A DNA stretch of 64,000 bases, from assembly GCA_017500855.1 (NCBI GenBank), contig JAFVYC010000018.1:17400-81399 (forward strand). The letters are read 5' to 3'. Made by a program: the position numbers and the translations under genes. A model generated the notes under the pieces. It saw nothing but the letters and a program-made list of their open reading frames with translations, did not search any database and was not told the origin of the DNA. Of this stretch, positions 53,176 to 62,621 are shown piece by piece; the first letter of the stretch is position 1; every line of letters starts with the position of its first letter. This DNA comes from Clostridia bacterium. GTDB taxonomy: Bacteria; Bacillota; Clostridia; Christensenellales; CAG-314.

Positions 53176-55905
53176 ATGAAAGATAACTATGGATTTGCCA
53201 ACAGGCAAGCCGTGAAAAAACTGGAAAAAATTGCCAAACTTGTGGAAGCCAAGTCGGCTTTGTACGCATCCATGACGGACGAAGTTTTGGCAAGCCAAAC
53301 GCAAGTGTTGAAGGATCGCTACCAAAACGGCGAAACGTTGGACAAACTTTTGCCGGATGCCTACGCCGTTTGTAGGGAAGCAAGCGCACGTGTGTTGAAA
53401 CAACGCCACTACCACGTGCAAATTTTGGGTGGTATTGCGTTGCACCAAGGCAGAATTTGCCAAATGGCAACGGGCGAAGGCAAAACGCTTACCGAAACTT
53501 TGCCTGCCTACCTCAACGCCTTGACGGGCAACGGTGTTCACATCATCACCGTCAACGAATACCTTGCCACTCGTGACATGGAGTGGATGGGCAAAGTTTT
53601 CCGCTTTTTGGGTTTGACGGTTGGCGTGACGCTTTCCAACATGACCAACAGGGAAAAACAACGTGCCTACAAGTGCGACATCACCTATGGCACCAACAAC
53701 GAGTTTGGTTTCGACTACCTGCGTGACAACATGTGCACGGCTCGCCACCAATGCGTGCAACGTGGCTTGAACTTTGTCATTGTGGACGAAGTGGACAGCA
53801 TTCTCATCGACGAGGCACGCACACCGCTGATTATTTCCGGTCCAAGTGGCAAATCCAGCGCAATGTACGTAACGGCAAATCGCTTTGTGGTGACACTTCG
53901 CAATTCCACCAACGTGGATGAGGAAGGCAAAACGGAAAACAAGGTTGAGCCAAACGGCGACTACGTGGTGGACCAAAAGTCCAAGCAAGTGCGCTTGACG
54001 GACGTGGGTATTGCCAAGGCGGAAAGGTTTTTCAAGGTGGACAACCTTTCCCACCCCGACAACATGGAAATCAACCACCACATCAACAACGCCCTTCGTG
54101 CGCACGCAATCATGCACAGGGACGACGACTACATTGTGGAAAAAGGGCAAATTCTCATTGTCGATTCTTTCACAGGTCGCAAAATGGAAGGCAGACGTTT
54201 CAGCGCCGGCTTGCACCAAGCAATTGAAGCCAAGGAACACGTCACCATCAAGGAAGAAAACAAAACTCTTGCCACAATAACGTTCCAAAACTACTTCCGT
54301 TTGTATCGCAAAATGAGTGGTATGACGGGTACTGCCAAAACGGAAGAAAAGGAATTCAACACAATCTACAACATCGACGTTGTGGCAATTCCCACCAACT
54401 TGCCGGTGGTGCGCAAGGACTTGCACGATTTGTTCTTTGCCACACGCAAGGCAAAACTCAACGCCATCGTGGAAGAAATCAAACAGCGCAACGCCATTGG
54501 CCAACCTGTTTTGGTGGGCACGGTAACGGTGGAAAAGAGCGAGGAAATTGCCAAACTTTTGGATGCTGAACGCATCAAGTACAGGGTGCTAAACGCAAAG
54601 CAACACAAGCAGGAAGCATCCATCATTGCGCAGGCAGGCAGGCTTGGCGCAATCACAATTGCCACCAACATGGCAGGTCGTGGAACGGACATTTTGCTTG
54701 GTGGCAACCCCGAGTTTCTTGCCAAGCAGGAAATGAAAAAACTTGGCTACGACGACGAGCAAATTGAACTTTCCACTTCCTTCGTTGCCAAGGATGAAGA
54801 AACGGAAAAATTGCAACACGTGTTCCGAGAGTTGGTTGCAAAACACAAGGTGCAAACGGACGAGGAAAAAAAGCGTGTTGTGGAAGTTGGTGGGCTGTGC
54901 GTAATCGGCACGGAACGCCACGATTCCCGCCGAATCGACGACCAATTGCGTGGCCGTGCAGGCCGTCAGGGCGACCCCGGTTGCAGTGTGTTCTTCCTGT
55001 CTGCCGAGGACGACATGATGCGCATTTTTGCCAGCGACATGATTCAAAACGTGATGCGCTTTTTGCATTTCGACGAGGACAAGCCCATCGAACACAGGGC
55101 GCTTACCAACATCATTCGCTCGGCGCAAGCACGCATCGAAGGCATTCACTTTTCTAGCCGTAAGCAAGTGTTGCAGTACGACGACGTCAACAACCATCAA
55201 CGCAAGGTTATCTACGGCGAACGCAACAAAATCATGGATCAGGAAAACATCCACCAAGACATTTTGAACATGGCCGACGACTACGCTCGCAAGGCTTTGG
55301 AAGATGCTTGCCAAGGCGAGGAAGACGTTTCCCTGTGGGATTTGGAAGAAGTCAACAAAAGGTTGGCAATGTACTTCCCTGTGGAACAGCCCGTTTTGCA
55401 ACAACATCAACTAACAAATGCCAGGGACGTGTGCAAAATTCTTGCTGAACTTTGCAGGGAACTTTTGGACACACGCTTCAACGAGGAAGAGCAACAGGGC
55501 GTTGTTCCCTTCCGTGAATCGGAAAGGTACATGCTTCTTCGCACAATGGACACCTTGTGGATGGACCACATCGACGCATTGGACGACCTGCGCAAGGGCG
55601 TTGGATTGCAAGCAATTGGCCAACACGACCCACTTTTGGTGTACAAAAAGGAAGCCTTCGACATGTTCGAAACACTCAACGAAACAATCATTGTGCAAAC
55701 AATTCGCAAGTTGTTCTTTGCCAAATTGTTGTACACAATGCCAACGCAACCAACGGGTGGTAGCGACGACAAGGCAGATGGCAAAAAAGGCTCTGCAAAC
55801 AAGCAACAAGCAAGCCAACAAGACCCAAATCGCCCACTCACCAAAAAGGAAGAGTACGCCTTGAAACGTCAACAACGCAAGGCGGAAAAGAACAAAAAGA
55901 AGTAG
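53176..55905 (+). CDS. secA: Preprotein translocase ATPase SecA
   Basis: MATGEGKTL (Walker A), VIVDEVDSILIDEARTPLIISG, TNMAGRGTDI, RIDDQLRGRAGRQGDPG. GGAGG SD before ATG 53176. Confidence 0.97.
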   Translation: MKDNYGFANRQAVKKLEKIAKLVEAKSALYASMTDEVLASQTQVLKDRYQNGETLDKLLPDAYAVCREASARVLKQRHYHVQILGGIALHQGRICQMATGEGKTLTETLPAYLNALTGNGVHIITVNEYLATRDMEWMGKVFRFLGLTVGVTLSNMTNREKQRAYKCDITYGTNNEFGFDYLRDNMCTARHQCVQRGLNFVIVDEVDSILIDEARTPLIISGPSGKSSAMYVTANRFVVTLRNSTNVDEEGKTENKVEPNGDYVVDQKSKQVRLTDVGIAKAERFFKVDNLSHPDNMEINHHINNALRAHAIMHRDDDYIVEKGQILIVDSFTGRKMEGRRFSAGLHQAIEAKEHVTIKEENKTLATITFQNYFRLYRKMSGMTGTAKTEEKEFNTIYNIDVVAIPTNLPVVRKDLHDLFFATRKAKLNAIVEEIKQRNAIGQPVLVGTVTVEKSEEIAKLLDAERIKYRVLNAKQHKQEASIIAQAGRLGAITIATNMAGRGTDILLGGNPEFLAKQEMKKLGYDDEQIELSTSFVAKDEETEKLQHVFRELVAKHKVQTDEEKKRVVEVGGLCVIGTERHDSRRIDDQLRGRAGRQGDPGCSVFFLSAEDDMMRIFASDMIQNVMRFLHFDEDKPIEHRALTNIIRSAQARIEGIHFSSRKQVLQYDDVNNHQRKVIYGERNKIMDQENIHQDILNMADDYARKALEDACQGEEDVSLWDLEEVNKRLAMYFPVEQPVLQQHQLTNARDVCKILAELCRELLDTRFNEEEQQGVVPFRESERYMLLRTMDTLWMDHIDALDDLRKGVGLQAIGQHDPLLVYKKEAFDMFETLNETIIVQTIRKLFFAKLLYTMPTQPTGGSDDKADGKKGSANKQQASQQDPNRPLTKKEEYALKRQQRKAEKNKKK

Positions 55906-55914
55906 CGAGGACAC

Positions 55915-57009
55915 ATGATTCAAGTAGAAGATCTCAGGCTGACCATCAAAAACGCACAGTCCAAACTTGCCGGCATTGGCGAAAGTTTGAACATTCCCAA
56001 ACTGCAACAAGAGTTGGACGCTTTGACGGAAGAACAGCACAAGGCAAACTTTTGGGACGACGTCAAGAACGCACAAGCCGTTAGTCAACGTGCAAAAAAC
56101 ATCGAAGACAAAATTGCCAACTACACCAAACTTTGCGAAAAACTGCAAGACGTGGTAGACATTTTGGACATGTTTGCCGACGACGAAGGCATGCTTGCCG
56201 AAGCATCTGCCGAAATTGAAGTGCTCAACAAAGCCATCAACGAACTGCACATTGCAACGCTGTTGTCCGGCAAGTTCGACCAAAACAACGCCATTTTGAC
56301 GTTGCACGCAGGCGCAGGCGGAACGGAAGCGCAAGACTGGGTGCAAATGCTGTACCGCATGTACACAAGGTATTGCGAACGCCGTGGCTACAAGTTGCAA
56401 GTTTTGGACTTTTTGGCTGGCGAAGAAGCAGGCATCAAGAGCGTAACTTTCCAAGTTAACGGCGCCAACGCCTACGGCTATCTCAAGGCGGAAAAGGGTG
56501 TTCACCGTTTGGTGCGCATTTCCCCATTCGATTCGCAAAAACGCCGACACACAAGTTTTGCTTCGCTGGAAGTAATGCCGGAATTGCAACAGGACAACGA
56601 CATTGTCATTGAAGACAAGGACTTGAAGGTAGACACCTACCGTAGCAGTGGCGCCGGCGGACAGCACGTCAACAAAACGGAAAGCGCAATTCGCATCACG
56701 CACATTCCAACGGGTATCGTTGTTTCCTGCCAAACACAGCGCAGTCAAATTCAAAACAGAGAACAAGCAATGATGATGCTCAAATCCAAACTTGCCGAAA
56801 TCAAGGAACGTGAGCAAATGGAAGAGGCGTTGTCTATCAAGGGGGAAATCAAAAAAATCGAGTGGGGCAGTCAAATCCGTTCCTACGTTTTTTGCCCCTA
56901 CACCTTGGTAAAGGACCATCGCACCAACTTCGAAAACTCCAACATTGCCGACGTGATGGACGGCAACATTCAACCTTTCATCGAAGACTACTTGCAAAAG
57001 GCTTTCTAA
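55915..57009 (+). CDS. prfB: Peptide chain release factor 2, encoded in a single uninterrupted frame
   Basis: SPFDSQKRRHTSFAS (SPF motif), SGAGGQHVNKTESAIRITH (GGQ). No internal in-frame UGA or +1 frameshift site near codon 25. Confidence 0.95.
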   Translation: MIQVEDLRLTIKNAQSKLAGIGESLNIPKLQQELDALTEEQHKANFWDDVKNAQAVSQRAKNIEDKIANYTKLCEKLQDVVDILDMFADDEGMLAEASAEIEVLNKAINELHIATLLSGKFDQNNAILTLHAGAGGTEAQDWVQMLYRMYTRYCERRGYKLQVLDFLAGEEAGIKSVTFQVNGANAYGYLKAEKGVHRLVRISPFDSQKRRHTSFASLEVMPELQQDNDIVIEDKDLKVDTYRSSGAGGQHVNKTESAIRITHIPTGIVVSCQTQRSQIQNREQAMMMLKSKLAEIKEREQMEEALSIKGEIKKIEWGSQIRSYVFCPYTLVKDHRTNFENSNIADVMDGNIQPFIEDYLQKAF

Positions 57010-57036
57010 ATTTTGCAAGCAACACAGGACAAAACA

Positions 57037-59016
57037 ATGAAAAAAATTCTTCTTTCAACGTTGATATTGGCGCTTGCGTTTGCGCTGTTCGTGCCTTGCT
57101 TTGCCAATGCCGAAACATCGCAAAACAACGGATCTTTTGCGCCGGAAGGGCAGGACTACAAACTGGTAACCTTGCTTTCCGACGGAAAACCCGTTGGCGC
57201 AAGGCTTGTCAAAATCTACTTTGGCGAAATTGAAACACGAATAGACGTGTATTCCAGCCAACAAATGCCATTGGATTTCTACTTGGGCAACACCAACCTT
57301 TCGGCAAGCCAGTTGCAAACACGCAACAAATTGGTGGAAATTTTCAACGATATCAACGATTTCATGCAACAAGTAGACGTTGCCACAAATTCAACCTACA
57401 CAGGCAAAACCAACAGCCAAGGCGAAACTTTGCCCATTTCCGACGTGTACCGTTTCAACCAAGCAGTGCAGGGTGACAAGGTGGAAATTTCCAAAATTTC
57501 TTACGAAATGCTTCAAATTGCCAAGGAAATGTACCACAGCACAAACGGGGCGTTCAACCCGGCTGTGTACCGTTTGGTGGATTTGTGGGGATTTTCTTCC
57601 CGAATTTATTCGCAAGGCAACTTTGGCGAACCCTACGACAGAATTGTCACGGCGCAACAGTTTGCGCAACAAGGCTACCCATTGCCGGAGCAAAAGTACG
57701 TGGATGCATTTTCCAACGCCGACTTTGTCAACTTCGACCACGTGGTGCTGAGCGAGGAAAATGGCAAGTACTTTGCCACAAAAAACTGCACCCCTGCTGT
57801 GGTAGACGGCGTGCAATTTCAACAATGGATTGACCTTGGTGGCATTGCCAAGGGCTACGCTGTGGACTACATCAGGAGCGTTTTGCAAAGCAACAATTTG
57901 CCCAACTACTTCGTGGATTGTGGCGTGAGTAGCCAAAGTGTTGGCAAGGGCGTGGACGGCAAGGACGTTGAACTTGCATTCTCCGACTCTTTCGACCCAA
58001 TGTCGCAATTTTGGGGCGTTCCACTCTTTTCCGTAAACGTTGCCAACAACAGCATTTCCACAAGTGGGCAGTACGTGCGCAAGTACACAACCAATGGCAT
58101 CACCTACTCGCACATTGTCGATGCCAAAACGGGCGCACCTGCGCAAACGGGTGTGGAAAGCGTTGCCGTGATTTTGCCAAACAACGGCACTTGGGCAACA
58201 CAGGGTGACTGCTTGACAACGGCTTTGACCGTGATGGGCAAAAACGAAATTGTTGACTTTGTCAACGGCTACGCAAAGCAACACGGCATCTACGTTGTTG
58301 TGTGCTACAAAACCGTGGACGGACAAAAGCAAATTCTTTCCAACTTCTCCAAGCAACAAATTGTTGCCCAAGGGGAAAACTTCAACAACTATCAATGGGC
58401 TTTGCAACAGGGTGCGGACGGCAACTTTGCCTACGACGAAAGTATTCCAACCCTTGCAACACACAACTACCAAGTCATCCTTGTGGTGGCAGGCATAGTT
58501 CTTTCGTTGGCAATTGTTGCCATTGTTGTGTACCACTTTGTGTGGGGCAAGAGGCATACCTTCCAAAACGTAAAGAACGCCAAGAAAGACAAACCCTTCA
58601 AGCCTGCCGACGTGGGTGTGTACATGCTTGTGGCATTGCTTGTTTTGGTGCTGTTTTCGGTGTTCTTTGGCCAAAGCGCACCGCAAAGCATCCAGTACGT
58701 CAAGGTGGTGGAAATAGAAAGTGGCAACGTGCTGTTTGTGTACAACGTTGCTCGCAACGAGTACCAAATTGGCGAAAATGCCAACGTCGACGTGCAAAAA
58801 ATAGACAACGGACTGAGTGTTACCATCACTCAGCAAATTGACGGGGAAGAGCATTTCAACACTTTTGAGATTTTGCTCAATTCCCAAACTTCGGTAAAAA
58901 TGACGCAATCTATTTGTGGTTTCCACCAAGATTGCGTGTACAACTTCCCTGCGCTTTCTCAGGCAGGGGGCACAATTGTTTGCAGTCCCAACGGGCTAAA
59001 AATCATCACGGAGTGA
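57037..59016 (+). CDS. apbE: FAD:protein FMN transferase (ApbE) fused through two TM helices to a NusG-domain-II-like C-terminal domain
   Basis: Signal peptide; GGIAKGYAVDYI and SGQYVRKYTTNGITYSHIVDAKTGAPA (ApbE). TMs VILVVAGIVLSLAIVAIVVY and VGVYMLVALLVLVLFSVFF. C-terminal beta-rich domain ending CGFHQDCVY ... GGTIVCSPNGLKI. Confidence 0.8.
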   Translation: MKKILLSTLILALAFALFVPCFANAETSQNNGSFAPEGQDYKLVTLLSDGKPVGARLVKIYFGEIETRIDVYSSQQMPLDFYLGNTNLSASQLQTRNKLVEIFNDINDFMQQVDVATNSTYTGKTNSQGETLPISDVYRFNQAVQGDKVEISKISYEMLQIAKEMYHSTNGAFNPAVYRLVDLWGFSSRIYSQGNFGEPYDRIVTAQQFAQQGYPLPEQKYVDAFSNADFVNFDHVVLSEENGKYFATKNCTPAVVDGVQFQQWIDLGGIAKGYAVDYIRSVLQSNNLPNYFVDCGVSSQSVGKGVDGKDVELAFSDSFDPMSQFWGVPLFSVNVANNSISTSGQYVRKYTTNGITYSHIVDAKTGAPAQTGVESVAVILPNNGTWATQGDCLTTALTVMGKNEIVDFVNGYAKQHGIYVVVCYKTVDGQKQILSNFSKQQIVAQGENFNNYQWALQQGADGNFAYDESIPTLATHNYQVILVVAGIVLSLAIVAIVVYHFVWGKRHTFQNVKNAKKDKPFKPADVGVYMLVALLVLVLFSVFFGQSAPQSIQYVKVVEIESGNVLFVYNVARNEYQIGENANVDVQKIDNGLSVTITQQIDGEEHFNTFEILLNSQTSVKMTQSICGFHQDCVYNFPALSQAGGTIVCSPNGLKIITE

Positions 59017-59020
59017 CACT

Positions 59021-59602
59021 ATGCTTCAACACAAACCAAAAACCAGATATTTTTCCGCCAAACGTGTGGCGTTGTTGGGCATTTTGTGCGCAATGGGGCT
59101 GATCATGTTCATGGTGGAAAGTTTGTTCCCACCGTTGTTTTTGCCGGGTGCAAAAATGGGGCTTTCCAACATTTTTTCCTTGCTGACGGTGTACCTTCTT
59201 GGGCCGGTAGATGCGCTTGTGCTCATTGTTGTGCGCACAACTTTGGGAAGCATGTTCACAGGCAACATGTCCACGTTGATGTACAGTTTGACGGCAGGCG
59301 TTGTCAGCGTGGTGGTAAGTTCCGTTTTGGTGGAATTTGTCTACCCAAAAATCAGCATTGTTTCCATTTCGGTGGTGTCGGCATTGCTACACAACATCAC
59401 GCAAAACGTTGTGTTTTGTTTGGTAAGTGACACGCCGGAAATGTTTTCCTACATGCCGTGGCTTGCTTTGGTGGGCGTGGTGGCAGGCATCATCGTTGGA
59501 TTTGCCGTGTGGTTTATTCTCAAAACCGTGCCACTGCGTGTGTTTGCAAACTTTTTGACGGACGTTTCCACGCCAAAACTGGCGGAAAATCCCAACGACT
59601 AA
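59021..59602 (+). CDS. Gx transporter family protein (formerly annotated as heptaprenyl diphosphate synthase component I family)
   Basis: LLGILCAMGLIMFMVESLFPPLFLPGAKMGLSNIFSLLTVYLLGP ... LVIVVRTTLGSMFTG matches the family pattern; 5-6 TMs. Confidence 0.75.
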   Translation: MLQHKPKTRYFSAKRVALLGILCAMGLIMFMVESLFPPLFLPGAKMGLSNIFSLLTVYLLGPVDALVLIVVRTTLGSMFTGNMSTLMYSLTAGVVSVVVSSVLVEFVYPKISIVSISVVSALLHNITQNVVFCLVSDTPEMFSYMPWLALVGVVAGIIVGFAVWFILKTVPLRVFANFLTDVSTPKLAENPND

Positions 59603-59613
59603 TTCGAGGAAGT

Positions 59614-60438
59614 ATGAAAAATATTCTTGTTTTCAACGATATATCGGGGCTTGGCAACTGCTCCCTTTCGGCAAACTTGCCAATTTTTGCGCACTTTGGG
59701 CACTACAGCATGCCCATTTGCACAGGTATGTTTTCCAGCCAAACGGGTTTTAGTGGATTTTTGTGCCAACCCAACACACAAGTGTTGCAATTTGCAAAGC
59801 AACTGCTTTCCGAGCGCAAGGCAGACGTTGTGTACGTTGGTTTTTGCAACAACGTGGAAACTTTGCGCCAAGTGACGCAAGTGGTGGAAGAATGCAAAAG
59901 GCAGGGCGCAATGGTGCTTGTTGACCCCGTGATGGGAGACAACGGCAAGTTCTACCCCGTTTTCAACAACGACTACTTGCAACAAATGAAAAAACTTGTT
60001 GCGTTGGCAGACTACGCAACGCCCAACTTGACGGAAGCGTGCATGCTGTTGGATTTGCCCTACGATCAAGTTGTTGCCGAGCAAAACAACGCAGGCTACC
60101 TTGGCCATTGCGGAAAGTTGTTGCAGGGCTTTTTGGCAACCACGGGGTGCAAAAATGCCGTTGTCACGGGCATTGTTGTGGGCAATTTGATTGGCAACGT
60201 CGTGTTGCAAGGTCAAGCAACAAAGTATGTCACAACGGATCGCAACGAGCGCAACTTTTCCGGCACGGGCGACTTGTTCAGTTCCATCGTTTTGGCTGAA
60301 ATTTTGGAGGGCTACGACCTTTTCCAAGCAACGCAAGCATCGGCAGAGTTCATCAGCAGGTCAGCCAAAAACACCCTTTGCAAGGACGTGCGCTTTGGCG
60401 TGGAATTTGCGCCACTTTTGCACACCTTGTTGAAATAG
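59614..60438 (+). CDS. Pyridoxal/pyridoxamine kinase (ribokinase superfamily)
   Basis: MKNILVFNDISGLGNCSL, VLVDPVMGDNGKFY, ATPNLTEACMLL, FSGTGDLFSS. Confidence 0.8.
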   Translation: MKNILVFNDISGLGNCSLSANLPIFAHFGHYSMPICTGMFSSQTGFSGFLCQPNTQVLQFAKQLLSERKADVVYVGFCNNVETLRQVTQVVEECKRQGAMVLVDPVMGDNGKFYPVFNNDYLQQMKKLVALADYATPNLTEACMLLDLPYDQVVAEQNNAGYLGHCGKLLQGFLATTGCKNAVVTGIVVGNLIGNVVLQGQATKYVTTDRNERNFSGTGDLFSSIVLAEILEGYDLFQATQASAEFISRSAKNTLCKDVRFGVEFAPLLHTLLK

Positions 60439-60629
60439 CGCACCACGTGGTGGCAAAAAACAAGTCGAAATTACCTTGGGCGACAGTTGTTTTTGCCACG
60501 TTCAAGGCAGTTGGCGCACGTGCCGTTTGCCACAACGTTGTACTAACTAAACACGTCGCTTCAAATTGGCGACGTTTTGTTTACTAAAAAACTTTTTGTG
60601 CAAATATACTACTTTCAGGATGGTGGTAT

Positions 60630-61712
60630 ATGAAAAAATTTGCACACAAACACAAATTTTGCAAAAAAGACTTTGCAACGGTTTTGCTAGTGGTGCTGTC
60701 CGTTGCAATGCTGTGCGTTTTCCTTCCCCTGCTTCCACAAAAGCCAACCACGGCTCCACCCAAGCACTACCAAGGCGTGTTGCAACTGTGGAACGTGGAA
60801 AACTTCGAAGGTGGTAGCGGAAACAGGCATCAATGGTTGGTTGGCAAGTGCGCCAACTTCGAAAAACAGCACACGGGGTTGTTCGTTCACGTCACAACGC
60901 TGTCGCACGAGCAAGCCTTGCAAAAACTAAACGACGGGCAAAGTTTCGACATCGTTTGCTTTTCCCGTGGCACGGCAAATGCTTTTTTGCCACGTCTTGT
61001 GCCGTATGACGGGCAAACTTCTCACTTGAACGACAACTTTGTGTTGGCATCCGTTTTGGGTGGCAAACAAATGGCTGTGCCGTTGTACACAGGTGGCTAC
61101 TTGCTGTTTGCTCGCACTTCCCAAGTGGGGCAAAACTATAACGTTTCCAACGTTTTTCAACACACGTATGCCAAAAAAGTGGGCAAAACACAGCAAAATT
61201 TGAAGCCCCTGATGGGTGGATTTGCAACTTTCAACAGCCCAATTTCGGCATTGTACCACGAGGGCGTTGTTGGTGGAACGCCCTTTGAACAAGATTTTTC
61301 CCAGTACCAAGCCTACCAACAATTTGTTGCCAACAACGTGGCAGTTTCGCTACTTGGCACGCAACGGGATTTGGTGCGACTGCTTCAACGGCAGGAAAAC
61401 GGAAAAATTCCGCCACTTTCCATTTTGCCACTTGGTGGCTACACCGACTTGCTTCAATGCGTTGCGCTTGGCACGTCCAACCAAATGGCAACGGAGTTTG
61501 TTGAGTATCTTGTGAGCAACGAAGTTCAGCAAACGCTTTGCAACGTTGGCTTGTTTGCCGTGACAAACCAAAATTGGTACACGGCGGAAACGTTTTGTCA
61601 GTTGGAAAGTTTGCTAAAAACAGCACACGTCCCCAACGTTTTCGACGACGAACAAAGCATTGCTCGGCAAAAACAGCAAGCGGAAAACGCAGTTTTTGGA
61701 GGCAAGCAGTAG
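60630..61712 (+). CDS. Membrane-anchored solute-binding-protein-like protein, function unknown
   Basis: N-terminal TM (FATVLLVVLSVAMLCVFLPLL) then LQLWNVENFEGG ... FEKQHTGLFVHVTT ... KLNDGQSFDIVCF, reminiscent of family-1 extracellular solute-binding proteins. GGTGG SD. Confidence 0.6.
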   Translation: MKKFAHKHKFCKKDFATVLLVVLSVAMLCVFLPLLPQKPTTAPPKHYQGVLQLWNVENFEGGSGNRHQWLVGKCANFEKQHTGLFVHVTTLSHEQALQKLNDGQSFDIVCFSRGTANAFLPRLVPYDGQTSHLNDNFVLASVLGGKQMAVPLYTGGYLLFARTSQVGQNYNVSNVFQHTYAKKVGKTQQNLKPLMGGFATFNSPISALYHEGVVGGTPFEQDFSQYQAYQQFVANNVAVSLLGTQRDLVRLLQRQENGKIPPLSILPLGGYTDLLQCVALGTSNQMATEFVEYLVSNEVQQTLCNVGLFAVTNQNWYTAETFCQLESLLKTAHVPNVFDDEQSIARQKQQAENAVFGGKQ

Positions 61713-62608
61713 TGGACGTTCAACTTGCCCTTTCAAAAATGAAAAAATATTGTGCCACAAACAGCACGGAAATGCAGTTTTGTCAGTTGACAACTTTGCG
61801 CTGTGGGGGTACAATTTTGTTGACGGTGTTTCCCACAAGTCAAAAACAACTTTTGCAAGTCGCAAAACTGTGCACAATGGCAAATTTGCCACTTTGCGTG
61901 CTTGGCAACGGAAGCAACGTTTTGGCAAGCGACAAGCCGTTTTTCGGCGTCGTTGCCGTCACAAAAAAACTAAACAAAATTTCCGTTGTTGGTAGCAAGG
62001 TCGTTGCGCAATGCGGTGCGCACACAACCAAACTGTTTTGGCAACTGCACAAGCACGGGCTTTGCGGTGGAGAGTTTCTTCGTTGCCTTCCTGCAACCGT
62101 TGGCGGTGCCGTGGTTGGCAACGCAGGTTGCTTTGGGCAATGCATGCAAAACGTCCTTTCCAAGGTGCTTGTGTGGCACAACGGCAAGGTGCAATGGATT
62201 GATGCGAGTCAATGCCAATTTTCCCACCGAAACAGCATTTTCAAGCACACGCATGCCCTAGTTTTGGCAGTAGAAATGCAATTTGAACGGGGCGATTCGC
62301 AACAAATTTTGCACAAAAGCCAACAAATGCTCAACAAAAAACAGCAGTCGCAACCACTCAACCTGCCCAGCGCAGGCAGTGTTTTGTACCATCCAACAGT
62401 TTGCCTTTCGGCTTTGCTCGACAAGGCAGGTTTGAAGGGTGCAACAATTGGTGGTGCGCAAATTTCCACCAAACACGCAGGCTTCGTTGTCAACACAGGC
62501 AACGCCACGTCAACTGACGTGTTTTTGCTCATCCAACACGCACAAAACGTGCTTCAAAGCCAATTTGGCTTGCAAAGCAACGTGGAAGTACAATTTGTCA
62601 ATTTCTAG
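61712..62608 (+). CDS. murB: UDP-N-acetylenolpyruvoylglucosamine reductase
   Basis: LTTLRCGGT, VLGNGSNVL, GGEFLRCLPATVGGAVVGNAG, HRNSIF, LPSAGSVL, GGAQISTKHAGFVVN. Start uncertain: GTG 61712 (GGAGG 9 nt upstream, TAGTG overlap with the previous stop) or ATG 61739. Confidence 0.9.
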   Translation: MDVQLALSKMKKYCATNSTEMQFCQLTTLRCGGTILLTVFPTSQKQLLQVAKLCTMANLPLCVLGNGSNVLASDKPFFGVVAVTKKLNKISVVGSKVVAQCGAHTTKLFWQLHKHGLCGGEFLRCLPATVGGAVVGNAGCFGQCMQNVLSKVLVWHNGKVQWIDASQCQFSHRNSIFKHTHALVLAVEMQFERGDSQQILHKSQQMLNKKQQSQPLNLPSAGSVLYHPTVCLSALLDKAGLKGATIGGAQISTKHAGFVVNTGNATSTDVFLLIQHAQNVLQSQFGLQSNVEVQFVNF

Positions 62609-62621
62609 GAAGGATTTTGCC

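Noticed and set aside
55915-57009. The programmed +1 frameshift expected in prfB.
   Set aside because: The RF2 reading frame is continuous from ATG 55915 (MIQVEDLRLTIKNAQSKLAGIGESLNIPKLQQELDAL ...), with no in-frame UGA near codon 25. This prfB simply lacks the autoregulatory frameshift.
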